Positions 18,500 through 25,684 of a stretch of DNA of 31,540 nt are shown here, one piece after another. Under the pieces are notes generated by a model, which saw only the letters and a list, made by a program, of their open reading frames with translations, searched no databases and was not told where the DNA came from. The translations under genes were made by a program, and so were the position numbers. This DNA is from a virus. Taxonomy: Duplodnaviria > Caudoviricetes. How positions within the stretch are numbered: the stretch's first letter is position 1; each line of letters begins with the position of its first letter. Location of the stretch: positions 1-31,540 of the IMG/VR virus record IMGVR_UViG_3300020161_001213; one strand, given 5' to 3'.

Positions 18500-19648
18500 T
18501 TAGACTGACATCGCGGCGATGAAGCGGGTGTCTGTTACAACACGACCTTCTTCAATACCACCATACCATCCAACCTTATCTGCGCGTTTCTGGAACTGGT
18601 CGTCAGCTTCGAGGCTGAATACGCTGCCGGTATCGCTGTCTGTCGCGATTGCGCGGTAAGCCATATCCTTGCTCGCGTCAACGATGATAACTAGCTCATC
18701 GCCGCTTGCTGAGAAGGTGCGTCCACTTGCTGCTTTGGTCGAAAGCAACGGAAGGTCCGTAGAACCAATGAACTCCGCGAAGAGAGTCTGGTAATCTTGC
18801 GATTTACCAAGCTCAAGAAGCTCGATTAGGTTGATTCCGTAGAACTCAGGAACACCGCCCGAGTTGTATAGAGCCGCACGCTGGGCCTCTGGGAGCGTTA
18901 CCGCTGCCGAAGAGTTGATTGGAGTGATTCCAATTGGAGCCTTGGTGTTGATTGGGTTATACGCCATTGCGCGGAATTTCTCCAGCATTTCAGGCGACAC
19001 AATCATGTCCGTTGGTTTTCCAGCACCACCGATAGGCGTTCCACCAACCCACGAGGAGTTGAGGCGACGGAAATAGGTTTGAAGCTGGTTGAAATCGTCC
19101 ATCGAAAACTGAGCATCGACAGCCGAAGCGAAAACGTGACCAAGTGAAGTTCCACCGATTGTATGAGTTGCTTGCGCAAGGGCCGCTAGCAACACACTCC
19201 ATGCGGAGTAGTTAGTCTTGAGGAGAACCTCTTGAACTAGGCGCTGAAGTGCTTTGGCAACGATTGGCAAGCGCATTTTGCGTGCATACTTGCTGTTGAT
19301 GCTCCAAGCAGAGTCAAGGCGATACGTGGTGAACTTAACCTCATCAATGCTTTGGCTGATGTGGTTGGTTGGCAAACCACCGGGCTTAGGCGAACTCCAG
19401 ATGGAGAAGTGTCCTTCGGGCACATCTGCGAAGAGGTCGATTGGGAACGATGGGTCATCATCCGTGTTATAAGCGAAATCCCGATAAAGGAAAGTCGTGG
19501 TGTCGGCTTGCTGATAAACCGTTCCGAGGGTCGGAGCGATAAGATTAGCAAAAGCCATCTGTGCGGCAGCGGCCTTCGCCTTATCCTTGGAGCCCATTGC
19601 TCCGATAAGCTCCAACTGCTCCGGTGTTTCTTTGAATTGAATTTTCAT
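18500..19648 (-). CDS. Major capsid protein (HK97 fold inferred)
   Basis: 382 aa, follows scaffold and decoration genes and precedes a strong terminator; PTDMIVSPE, PEFYGINLI and KVGWYGGIEEG motifs resemble HK97-fold capsids. Confidence 0.85.
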   Translation of the reverse strand: MKIQFKETPEQLELIGAMGSKDKAKAAAAQMAFANLIAPTLGTVYQQADTTTFLYRDFAYNTDDDPSFPIDLFADVPEGHFSIWSSPKPGGLPTNHISQSIDEVKFTTYRLDSAWSINSKYARKMRLPIVAKALQRLVQEVLLKTNYSAWSVLLAALAQATHTIGGTSLGHVFASAVDAQFSMDDFNQLQTYFRRLNSSWVGGTPIGGAGKPTDMIVSPEMLEKFRAMAYNPINTKAPIGITPINSSAAVTLPEAQRAALYNSGGVPEFYGINLIELLELGKSQDYQTLFAEFIGSTDLPLLSTKAASGRTFSASGDELVIIVDASKDMAYRAIATDSDTGSVFSLEADDQFQKRADKVGWYGGIEEGRVVTDTRFIAAMSV

Positions 19649-19677
19649 GTTATTCTGTAGGTCTTTCTATGTTAAGA

Positions 19678-20238
19678 TTACTTAGCTGCAACGCAGTCGA
19701 ACATCATAACTGCATATCCTTCTGCATCGACCGTTCCGAGCCACTTGCCCCATGAACCAGTCACGCTTGTTGAAGCTCCGATTGTTCCTGCTCCGTTTAC
19801 GATAACGTATTTCGCGCCAGTCGTCGTAGGAAGTGGGCTTGCGCCTGTTCCAACGTAAACCGAAACAACACCCTTCGTTAGAATTGGCACTGCTTCGCCG
19901 CTGACAACGGCTTCTGCTTCATCTTTGCGCTGCTTGTCGTAGAGATACGAATAGTTGAACTGGTTGTTTTCAAGAGTCTTGTAGAGGGTAATTCCAACTG
20001 GAATCTGGCCGCTTGTAGCTCCTGTAACAGCAGGGGTGATGGTCCAGCGAGGGGAATAGGTATTCCCATTGTTCATCCCAGCAGCAAGATTGCTTGCTAC
20101 GCTAGGAGTGCTTGACCCATTGAATCCAGCAGAAATGGCGACAGGAATACCTGCATCACCCGTTCCTGCGGTGCTAACGAACTTAAACAAGTTAAGAACG
20201 TCGTGTTCCGAATAATCCCGAAATGGTTTTAATGGCAT
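19678..20238 (-). CDS. Capsid decoration/cement protein
   Basis: 186 aa between scaffold and MCP; PVGITL…GEAVPILTKGVV pattern of beta-tulip decoration proteins. Confidence 0.7.
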   Translation of the reverse strand: MPLKPFRDYSEHDVLNLFKFVSTAGTGDAGIPVAISAGFNGSSTPSVASNLAAGMNNGNTYSPRWTITPAVTGATSGQIPVGITLYKTLENNQFNYSYLYDKQRKDEAEAVVSGEAVPILTKGVVSVYVGTGASPLPTTTGAKYVIVNGAGTIGASTSVTGSWGKWLGTVDAEGYAVMMFDCVAAK

Positions 20239-20250
20239 ATTAGTTTATAT

Positions 20251-20904
20251 TTACTTTGTGATTGTGATATTCTCAATCGAGAACGCTGACTTGAACTTCG
20301 CAGCTAGGTCAACTTCTCCCGTTGGGGAGTTGGGAACCTTCGCGTCGTCAGAGGCAACAGCTTTTTCGAGAACCTCTTCTGCTACTTCTTTGGCAGTTTC
20401 GGTTTGGCTAGCCTTAGCGGATTCTTTCTGCTTAGCTAGCGCTTTGTCTTTTGGCGCTAGAAGAACTTCGAGTTCCTCGGTAGCGACCTTGTTAAATTCG
20501 TCTTCGCCCAATCCCTTGATGCGATTTGCAATGGCTTTGCGGTCTGCGTCAGTAAGTTCATACTTGCTGTCGAAGCCGTTCATGCGCTCGTTGAAAAGTT
20601 GAGTAGCCGCCGCTTTTTCTTGTTCGGCTTTTACTAGGTTGAGAGCTTCCGTAAGCTCGTCATTCTTCTTTTTGAGTTCGTCGATAGAAGCCTGCGCCTG
20701 CTCTGCTTTGGCGACCGCATCTTTAACTGCATCTTCCTTAGCTTTGATTTCGGCTTCGTGCGCCTTGGCTTTATCGGTGATTGCGCTGGTAATCATTGTG
20801 GTGACTCCAGCGTCTAGCACATTAACGATGTTAGCAAAAGAGTATTCCTTTGCATTCTCATCATTAAGAGCCTTAATGTCTTCAAGTGTCTTTAGTGACT
20901 TCAT
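20251..20904 (-). CDS. Putative nested scaffold protein (217 aa) from in-frame Met301 (MKSLKTLEDIK…)
   Basis: In-frame ATG at 20902-20904 with an A-rich leader and an exact 18-bp promoter copy just upstream. Confidence 0.65.
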   Translation of the reverse strand: MKSLKTLEDIKALNDENAKEYSFANIVNVLDAGVTTMITSAITDKAKAHEAEIKAKEDAVKDAVAKAEQAQASIDELKKKNDELTEALNLVKAEQEKAAATQLFNERMNGFDSKYELTDADRKAIANRIKGLGEDEFNKVATEELEVLLAPKDKALAKQKESAKASQTETAKEVAEEVLEKAVASDDAKVPNSPTGEVDLAAKFKSAFSIENITITK

Positions 20905-21804
20905 TGTTTTATTTGTATTTGCAGTTACACTACTGTTACTAGGAATGGAAATAATATTTTCACTATTTTCGATTTCCTTAGCGATAACCACTTCTTTTTC
21001 TTCAAAACTTTGCGTTACAACGCCGCGCACTTGGCCCGCTGGGGCCATTGTTAAGGCCATTCCAACTCCATATAGACTATCCTTGTCAATTTCGCCTTCC
21101 TCATCTCGCGCCCAAACAATTTGGCGATAAACTGGGCGGCCATCTGGTAATGAACCCGCGCCGCCTTTGCTTTTTAGGTATGGCGTCCACTTTTCAACTT
21201 CATCCTCATCCGAGATAACTTCCGCTTTAGCCCGCTCCTTAGAACCAACTAGAAGCTCCCACTTATCAAAGGCCACTTCCCAAGAAAACGAAACAGTTAA
21301 GTAATCTTTTGATTCTGGGTCGTTGGACGCTAAAATCTTATTTGCAACATGCGGAAAGATATCAGCATATACATAGCCGCCCACTGCGACATTGAATGGG
21401 TCTGATGATTCTTTTAGTGATTCTTCACTCACTGGCTCAGAGCCGCCACCTAGTTTATAGTCGGAATCAAACGCAGTCAAAAAGCTCTTAGTAATAGAGC
21501 CCACGATTTTTTCGGGGTCGTGCTCTAGATTGATTGGCTTGTTGACGAACGAGGGATACAACAGAAGAGCATCGTCCGTGCCAATTGTGTCGCCATTCCC
21601 GTTCACTAGGTTGGCGACAAAGGCGTTGCCCGCGATAGCAAGGAGGTCTGGATACTTTTCCTGCCCTTCTGGGAGGAAGTCCTTTAGGTTTGCTAGGCTG
21701 GCTTTCGCCACGAAAGAATCAGGAAGCCGCCCAAGCGGGCAGCGAGCGAGGGCCGTGAATCGGGCCTTGTCTTTGTAGTCGCGTCCTGAAAATCTGATAG
21801 ACAT
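20251..21804 (-). CDS. Prohead protease-scaffold fusion
   Basis: N-half has NGNGD…KPINLEHD (His) and SFSWEV (Ser), like HK97/herpes-fold maturation proteases; C-half is a Glu/Lys/Ala coiled coil. Confidence 0.8.
   Translation of the reverse strand: MSIRFSGRDYKDKARFTALARCPLGRLPDSFVAKASLANLKDFLPEGQEKYPDLLAIAGNAFVANLVNGNGDTIGTDDALLLYPSFVNKPINLEHDPEKIVGSITKSFLTAFDSDYKLGGGSEPVSEESLKESSDPFNVAVGGYVYADIFPHVANKILASNDPESKDYLTVSFSWEVAFDKWELLVGSKERAKAEVISDEDEVEKWTPYLKSKGGAGSLPDGRPVYRQIVWARDEEGEIDKDSLYGVGMALTMAPAGQVRGVVTQSFEEKEVVIAKEIENSENIISIPSNSSVTANTNKTMKSLKTLEDIKALNDENAKEYSFANIVNVLDAGVTTMITSAITDKAKAHEAEIKAKEDAVKDAVAKAEQAQASIDELKKKNDELTEALNLVKAEQEKAAATQLFNERMNGFDSKYELTDADRKAIANRIKGLGEDEFNKVATEELEVLLAPKDKALAKQKESAKASQTETAKEVAEEVLEKAVASDDAKVPNSPTGEVDLAAKFKSAFSIENITITK
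20915..20932 (-). promoter_or_regulatory. Intragenic extended late promoter TAGTGTAACTGCAAATAC
   Basis: Identical to 10896-10913; sits in the protease-scaffold linker. Confidence 0.75.
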
Positions 21805-22232
21805 TATTGTTTAATTGTCCATTCGACAGAACCAACAGTCCCGTCATTTGCGTAAATTGTGCGTTTCTCAACTTTATAGTCGCCAGCCATGCCAAGAGCT
21901 TCCAGCGCCTTTTCCATATTGGCGGCCCCTACAATTTTTGGTAGGTGTCCGTCTTGATGTTGCCAGAAATTAGTATAAAGATTTTCAATGTCGCGCCGCA
22001 CCGACTGAATGCGATATTCAATATAGTCAGCAAAAGCTTTCATCTCGTCTTTAGAAACGCCTTCTTCTTTTTCGTCCTCTTCCTCCTCTTCGGACTTAAC
22101 TTCAATTTCAACTGACATGCCACTTCCAACTGCGGCAGAACAGGCAAGAGCTTTTTGCTTTTTCTTCTCCGGTTTGAGCTTGGACGAAATCTCGTCTAGT
22201 GAGGCGTTTAGCTTATCAAGAATAATCTTCAT
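21804..22232 (-). CDS. Hypothetical head-module protein with an acidic tract (142 aa)
   Basis: Coupled to the protease start (TAATG); EEEEDEKEE tract. Confidence 0.75.
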   Translation of the reverse strand: MKIILDKLNASLDEISSKLKPEKKKQKALACSAAVGSGMSVEIEVKSEEEEEDEKEEGVSKDEMKAFADYIEYRIQSVRRDIENLYTNFWQHQDGHLPKIVGAANMEKALEALGMAGDYKVEKRTIYANDGTVGSVEWTIKQ

Positions 22233-22243
22233 GTTTTTCTTCT

Positions 22244-22251
22244 CTACACTT
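22244..22251 (-). promoter_or_regulatory. Putative late-promoter motif AAGTGTAG
   Basis: About 12 nt upstream of the ATG at 22232. Confidence 0.6.
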
Positions 22252-22256
22252 AAAAG

Positions 22257-22940
22257 TTACTGATTGGAAATTTTAACTCCATTTGGATGCAACTCTCCAA
22301 CTAGATTCCAGTTGTCAGACTGCATTTGCTTTAGGAAGAAGTCCATGCGATATACAGTGCCATGCAGAATCTTCCTACTATGATTCGCCAACCAGCTACG
22401 CCGAACTTTGCAGTATTCGTATAACCAAACTTTTTCATCGCCACCGTTGGCTGGGGTATTAGCATCAAAGCGTTTTCTAAGGAAATCTGGAACGCAACCC
22501 CCATGAATTGTCGAGTCCATAACAACTGCAAATCCCATAGGAGTTTTAATCCCATTTTTATCACAAAATGCTACAGCTTTGTTCCAGTAAGCTTCGTCGT
22601 AAACCTTATCTTGGGCGGCCCTCATAATGGGGTCTTCTTTGGAAGCCTTTTGAAGATTGGCGATAAACCCTTTATCGTTCACGGTGCTTGAACTGGTCAT
22701 CTTTGAGATATATGGTGACAGCTTATCGGAAAATACCCCACCATCATTTTTATAAAGCTCTAAGAGGCGGCGCATATTACCATACTGAGTAATTCCAAAT
22801 CCCAGCGTTATCTGTCTTACTTCGTTAGGCCCATCTCTATAAATATAAACAGATGTGTAGTCGGATTCCGCTTTGCCGTTTTCAAAGCAGTTGATGATTT
22901 TACGAATTACTTCTTTATTCTTCGTTTGCATGGGTTCCAA
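22257..22940 (-). CDS. Endolysin, GH46 chitosanase-like lysozyme fold
   Basis: INCFENG (candidate catalytic Glu), RQITLGFGITQ, RAAQDKVYDEAYWNKA and GFAVVMDSTIHGG parallel GH46 motifs; adjacent to holin and spanin. Confidence 0.8.
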   Translation of the reverse strand: MEPMQTKNKEVIRKIINCFENGKAESDYTSVYIYRDGPNEVRQITLGFGITQYGNMRRLLELYKNDGGVFSDKLSPYISKMTSSSTVNDKGFIANLQKASKEDPIMRAAQDKVYDEAYWNKAVAFCDKNGIKTPMGFAVVMDSTIHGGCVPDFLRKRFDANTPANGGDEKVWLYEYCKVRRSWLANHSRKILHGTVYRMDFFLKQMQSDNWNLVGELHPNGVKISNQ

Positions 22941-23304
22941 ATGGTTTTAGTGCTGGGCCGTTGACCCCCTCTTCGATAACCTCAACATGAACGTCAAGAT
23001 TCTTGACTGTCTCGTCAACAACCTCTTTCTTGTCAATCTTCTCTGAAACAAACGAAGACACCTGAGAAATCGTTGACGAGGTAGTATTTTTCCAATCAAG
23101 AACACCCTGCACTCCAAGATATGTTGAAATAATCAGCGCCGTGACCCAGTGAAAGTCGCGACTCAATCCGGTAAAAGCGTTAATGTGCTCTGGGGTTACG
23201 AAGGAATATAAATATTGAACTTCAGTCCAATAGGCAGCCGCATTAATCCCCATTGCAACAAGGGCCATCCAAAGTTTTCTACTGCCAATTTTATTCTTAC
23301 TCAT
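22915..23304 (-). CDS. Putative holin
   Basis: N-terminal SRKLW motif, two hydrophobic segments, charged C-terminal tail; next to the endolysin. Confidence 0.75.
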   Translation of the reverse strand: MSKNKIGSRKLWMALVAMGINAAAYWTEVQYLYSFVTPEHINAFTGLSRDFHWVTALIISTYLGVQGVLDWKNTTSSTISQVSSFVSEKIDKKEVVDETVKNLDVHVEVIEEGVNGPALKPFGTHANEE

Positions 23305-23896
23305 TGCTTTTAAAAAGGTTCGCTATCATTTTCACAAAAGAGTTTATACCAGAAATAAGCCCCCCAAGGATGTTCGCTATTATAGGTTGTGCCGCTGGGA
23401 AAAATACGCAAAGCGCAATTAGCCCCGCAGTCCCGCCAATACCGCCGAGAGCAAGAAACCAACCCCAAAAGCCAGACCGTTTTTCGCCCTCTAGTTCCTC
23501 ATTGGCTTTAATTAATACTTCCGCAGTTTTCTTCTCGTATTTCTCGAACTGGGCGACTTCTTGGGCTACTTGCTCTTTTAGCTCTTTATTCTGCTCTAAT
23601 ACTTCTTTGTATTGTGGCGAGTCTAGCGTCAATAGAGGTTTTCCATCGTAGTCAACAGGAAGAACAACATACTTCTTGCCGCCGTCGTTGAACTCCTTTA
23701 CAGATATTACTGTCTTAGATGGATTGGCGGCCCTAAGAGTTGACGAGTATTTTCTAGCCAAATCTACTCTTCCAGCTTTTAAGCTCTCGTCAATTTGAGC
23801 GATTCCTTGGTTTACGAGTTCGCGGTGCTTCTTCGCTGTGGATTGGCATCCAGAGAGAAGTAGGCTGCAAGCTAGTAATGGAAGAATCTTCTTCAC
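23297..23896 (-). CDS. Putative unimolecular spanin (lipoprotein with C-terminal TM segment)
   Basis: GTG start, MKK…LLLSG-C lipobox, coiled-coil body, C-terminal hydrophobic FWGWFLALGGIGGTAGLIALCVFF. Confidence 0.7.
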   Translation of the reverse strand: MKKILPLLACSLLLSGCQSTAKKHRELVNQGIAQIDESLKAGRVDLARKYSSTLRAANPSKTVISVKEFNDGGKKYVVLPVDYDGKPLLTLDSPQYKEVLEQNKELKEQVAQEVAQFEKYEKKTAEVLIKANEELEGEKRSGFWGWFLALGGIGGTAGLIALCVFFPAAQPIIANILGGLISGINSFVKMIANLFKSNE

Positions 23897-23919
23897 ATTT
23901 TGTATTACAGTTAAATATT

Positions 23920-25284
23920 TTATAAACGAATATTTTTCTTCGCTTGCGAAGAAATATTCACCGAATCCATATGATTCGGTGTATCGTTGCTGGCGCGAGG
24001 GACTGATAACTCCTCACTGCCGCAAGTGCTCTCCACGGGAGAGCCGTCTTGGAACGTAAACCCGCTAGGCTTCCAGAAGAAGCCCTTTCGGTTCAACTTG
24101 CGACTACGCAAAGTCCAGCTTACGGAGGGCAAGTCTGCTGCGTGATTACAACTTGCGTTGTAATCCGCGTCACGCTGCAACCCGCAAAGGTTGCACACGT
24201 ATAACTTGCCCTGCCGGTTGGCCTTGCGCACCCATCCACACCCTGAGCATCGCTGTGAACGATACGTGCAACTCTGCAAGGTAAACGGAACCTCCGCCTC
24301 CTCGCAAAGTGCCGCGATTTTGTCGCGGATAATTGTATTCGTCCAGTGTGAAAGTTTACGACTTCGCCCGCTGCGATAGCCAATATTCCAAATCTTCTCT
24401 AGGCGCACCTCGGGCGCGTGTCGAAGATTTGTTCTGTTGATGCTCCAGCGGATGAGGTTGTCGCGGTGCTTTTGAGCGCGAGCAAAGCCCTTGCTACCAC
24501 GTCTGCGGCGTGATAAGCGGTCTATCACACTAGAGAGTGAGTGCCCATGCGGACACGTTGCTGGAGTAGCTGACCCATCGCTCATCGAGGCAACCGTTAG
24601 CATTCCTTGGTCGACGCCAATTGCGTCGCCCTCGCCGCGCTTTGCCTTGCGCTGGATTTCGTAGGAGAGCCTCACAGCGCGTTCTGTAATCTCGATGCCC
24701 GATAAGCGCCGTCCTTCCGCACTCCATTTTTGCGAGACTCGGTTGGTGCTAAACGGTAGGCGAATTTTGCCCCACCGTTTGCCCAGCGATTTGAGTTGGA
24801 CAAATCCTCCCGACCGAATATCGCGAATGTCGCTGCAAAGCGTGTCGAGGCGCAGCGGAGCATTGCGAAAGCATGGCTTGACTGGCCGCGTAGCGCGTAG
24901 CATTTTTCCGCGCTTTCTTGCCGACATCGCGGGATATTTTTCGCTTGGCGGTTGGGCGATTTTCCACTCTAGTTTGCGCCGCTTTTCTGTCGCGGCGGAA
25001 ATCGTGGCACAAACGTGTGTGCTAAGAGCGCGAAGCATTCGCCCGCTCAACTCTGTCGCGATGTTGAACTTGCGGTAGTCCACATACTTAGGGCAGTCCA
25101 GCAAGCCTTGTGCTGGATGGAACCCAGCGCCGTTGCCAGTCGTATTTTCGCTCGAAAACAAGCCATCCCACATCGCGGCAACCATCAGCGTTCCAACGCA
25201 ACGGTATTCCGCGAGCAAACTCTGCAAGCGTTTATGTTTGTCTATGTTAACGCGAGATAGGCGATGCATGGAGCTGCGAATCAT
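23920..25284 (-). CDS. tnpB: TnpB RNA-guided endonuclease (454 aa)
   Basis: RuvC-I IGVDQG, RuvC-II VRLEK, Zn finger CSGC…CNLC, RuvC-III RDADYNAS; AGGAGG Shine-Dalgarno upstream. Confidence 0.92.
   Translation of the reverse strand: MIRSSMHRLSRVNIDKHKRLQSLLAEYRCVGTLMVAAMWDGLFSSENTTGNGAGFHPAQGLLDCPKYVDYRKFNIATELSGRMLRALSTHVCATISAATEKRRKLEWKIAQPPSEKYPAMSARKRGKMLRATRPVKPCFRNAPLRLDTLCSDIRDIRSGGFVQLKSLGKRWGKIRLPFSTNRVSQKWSAEGRRLSGIEITERAVRLSYEIQRKAKRGEGDAIGVDQGMLTVASMSDGSATPATCPHGHSLSSVIDRLSRRRRGSKGFARAQKHRDNLIRWSINRTNLRHAPEVRLEKIWNIGYRSGRSRKLSHWTNTIIRDKIAALCEEAEVPFTLQSCTYRSQRCSGCGWVRKANRQGKLYVCNLCGLQRDADYNASCNHAADLPSVSWTLRSRKLNRKGFFWKPSGFTFQDGSPVESTCGSEELSVPRASNDTPNHMDSVNISSQAKKNIRL
23928..23981 (-). 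ncRNA. Candidate omegaRNA/right-end stem-loops overlapping the tnpB 3' end
   Basis: Two abutting inverted repeats on the minus strand: CACCGAATC-ATATG-GATTCGGTG (23959-23981) and GAATATTTCTTCGC-AA-GCGAAGAAAAATATTC (23928-23959). TnpB omegaRNAs are known to overlap the ORF end. Confidence 0.5.
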
Positions 25285-25352
25285 TCCGCGATTGCCTCCT
25301 GAGCTTTTCGTACTTTATTTTGGGCTCGTTTGGGAAAAGTGTATTTTATCAT
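25281..25352 (-). pseudogene. 23-aa ORF MIKYTFPKRAQNKVRKAQEAIAE, possibly a C-terminal remnant of an IS607 TnpA
   Basis: Its stop overlaps the tnpB start (ATGA); the KRAxNxxxKA helix recalls IS607 serine-transposase C-termini (from memory, unverified). Confidence 0.4.
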
Positions 25353-25362
25353 CGTATGGTTA

Positions 25363-25370
25363 TTACACTA
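25363..25370 (-). promoter_or_regulatory. Putative late-promoter motif TAGTGTAA upstream of the tnpB unit
   Basis: Shares AATCTAGTGTAA (12 bp) with the portal promoter at 27660-27671. Confidence 0.65.
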
Positions 25371-25372
25371 GA

Positions 25373-25684
25373 TTAGACAGGATATGACAAATGCAAATAA
25401 TAATTATTGCTCCGTGTCACATCCGAAAGAAAGTAAGAACATCCAGTGGCATTAAAGCCCCGCAAGTTGCCCATAAGTAGCGGGTCGGCGGCCCCAGAAG
25501 ATTGAATCGAGGCGTGAATATATTGTGGTTGTTCGTCCCAGACAATATGGATTCCGCTAACGCCCGAGGGCACTCCAGTTACATACCCAGTGGTTCCGGT
25601 AGTAACGCCATTGCCAACTACGCTGCCAATAAATCCAGAAAGTTCCAGATTGTCAATTTGTTTTAGTTTAATCGTGAAGTTCAT
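25373..25684 (-). CDS. Small hypothetical virion protein (103 aa)
   Basis: Overlaps the portal end; SG/TG-rich like the other structural proteins. Confidence 0.7.
   Translation of the reverse strand: MNFTIKLKQIDNLELSGFIGSVVGNGVTTGTTGYVTGVPSGVSGIHIVWDEQPQYIHASIQSSGAADPLLMGNLRGFNATGCSYFLSDVTRSNNYYLHLSYPV

Larger units (their letters stand above)
23913..25362 (-). mobile_element. Non-autonomous tnpB-only element (IS607/IS200-605-derived); boundaries approximate
   Basis: Visibly GC-richer than its flanks; tnpB plus short upstream remnant ORF; tandem hairpins at the 3' end; no intact transposase. Confidence 0.65.

Noticed and set aside
25338-25369. AGTGTA…TACACT inverted repeat as an IS left-end hairpin
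   Set aside because: Only 6 bp with a 20-nt loop, and one arm is the promoter motif itself; too weak to call.
23897-25372. TnpB as a Cas12f/Cas14 effector with a CRISPR array
   Set aside because: No repeat-spacer array is visible near the gene or elsewhere in the window.
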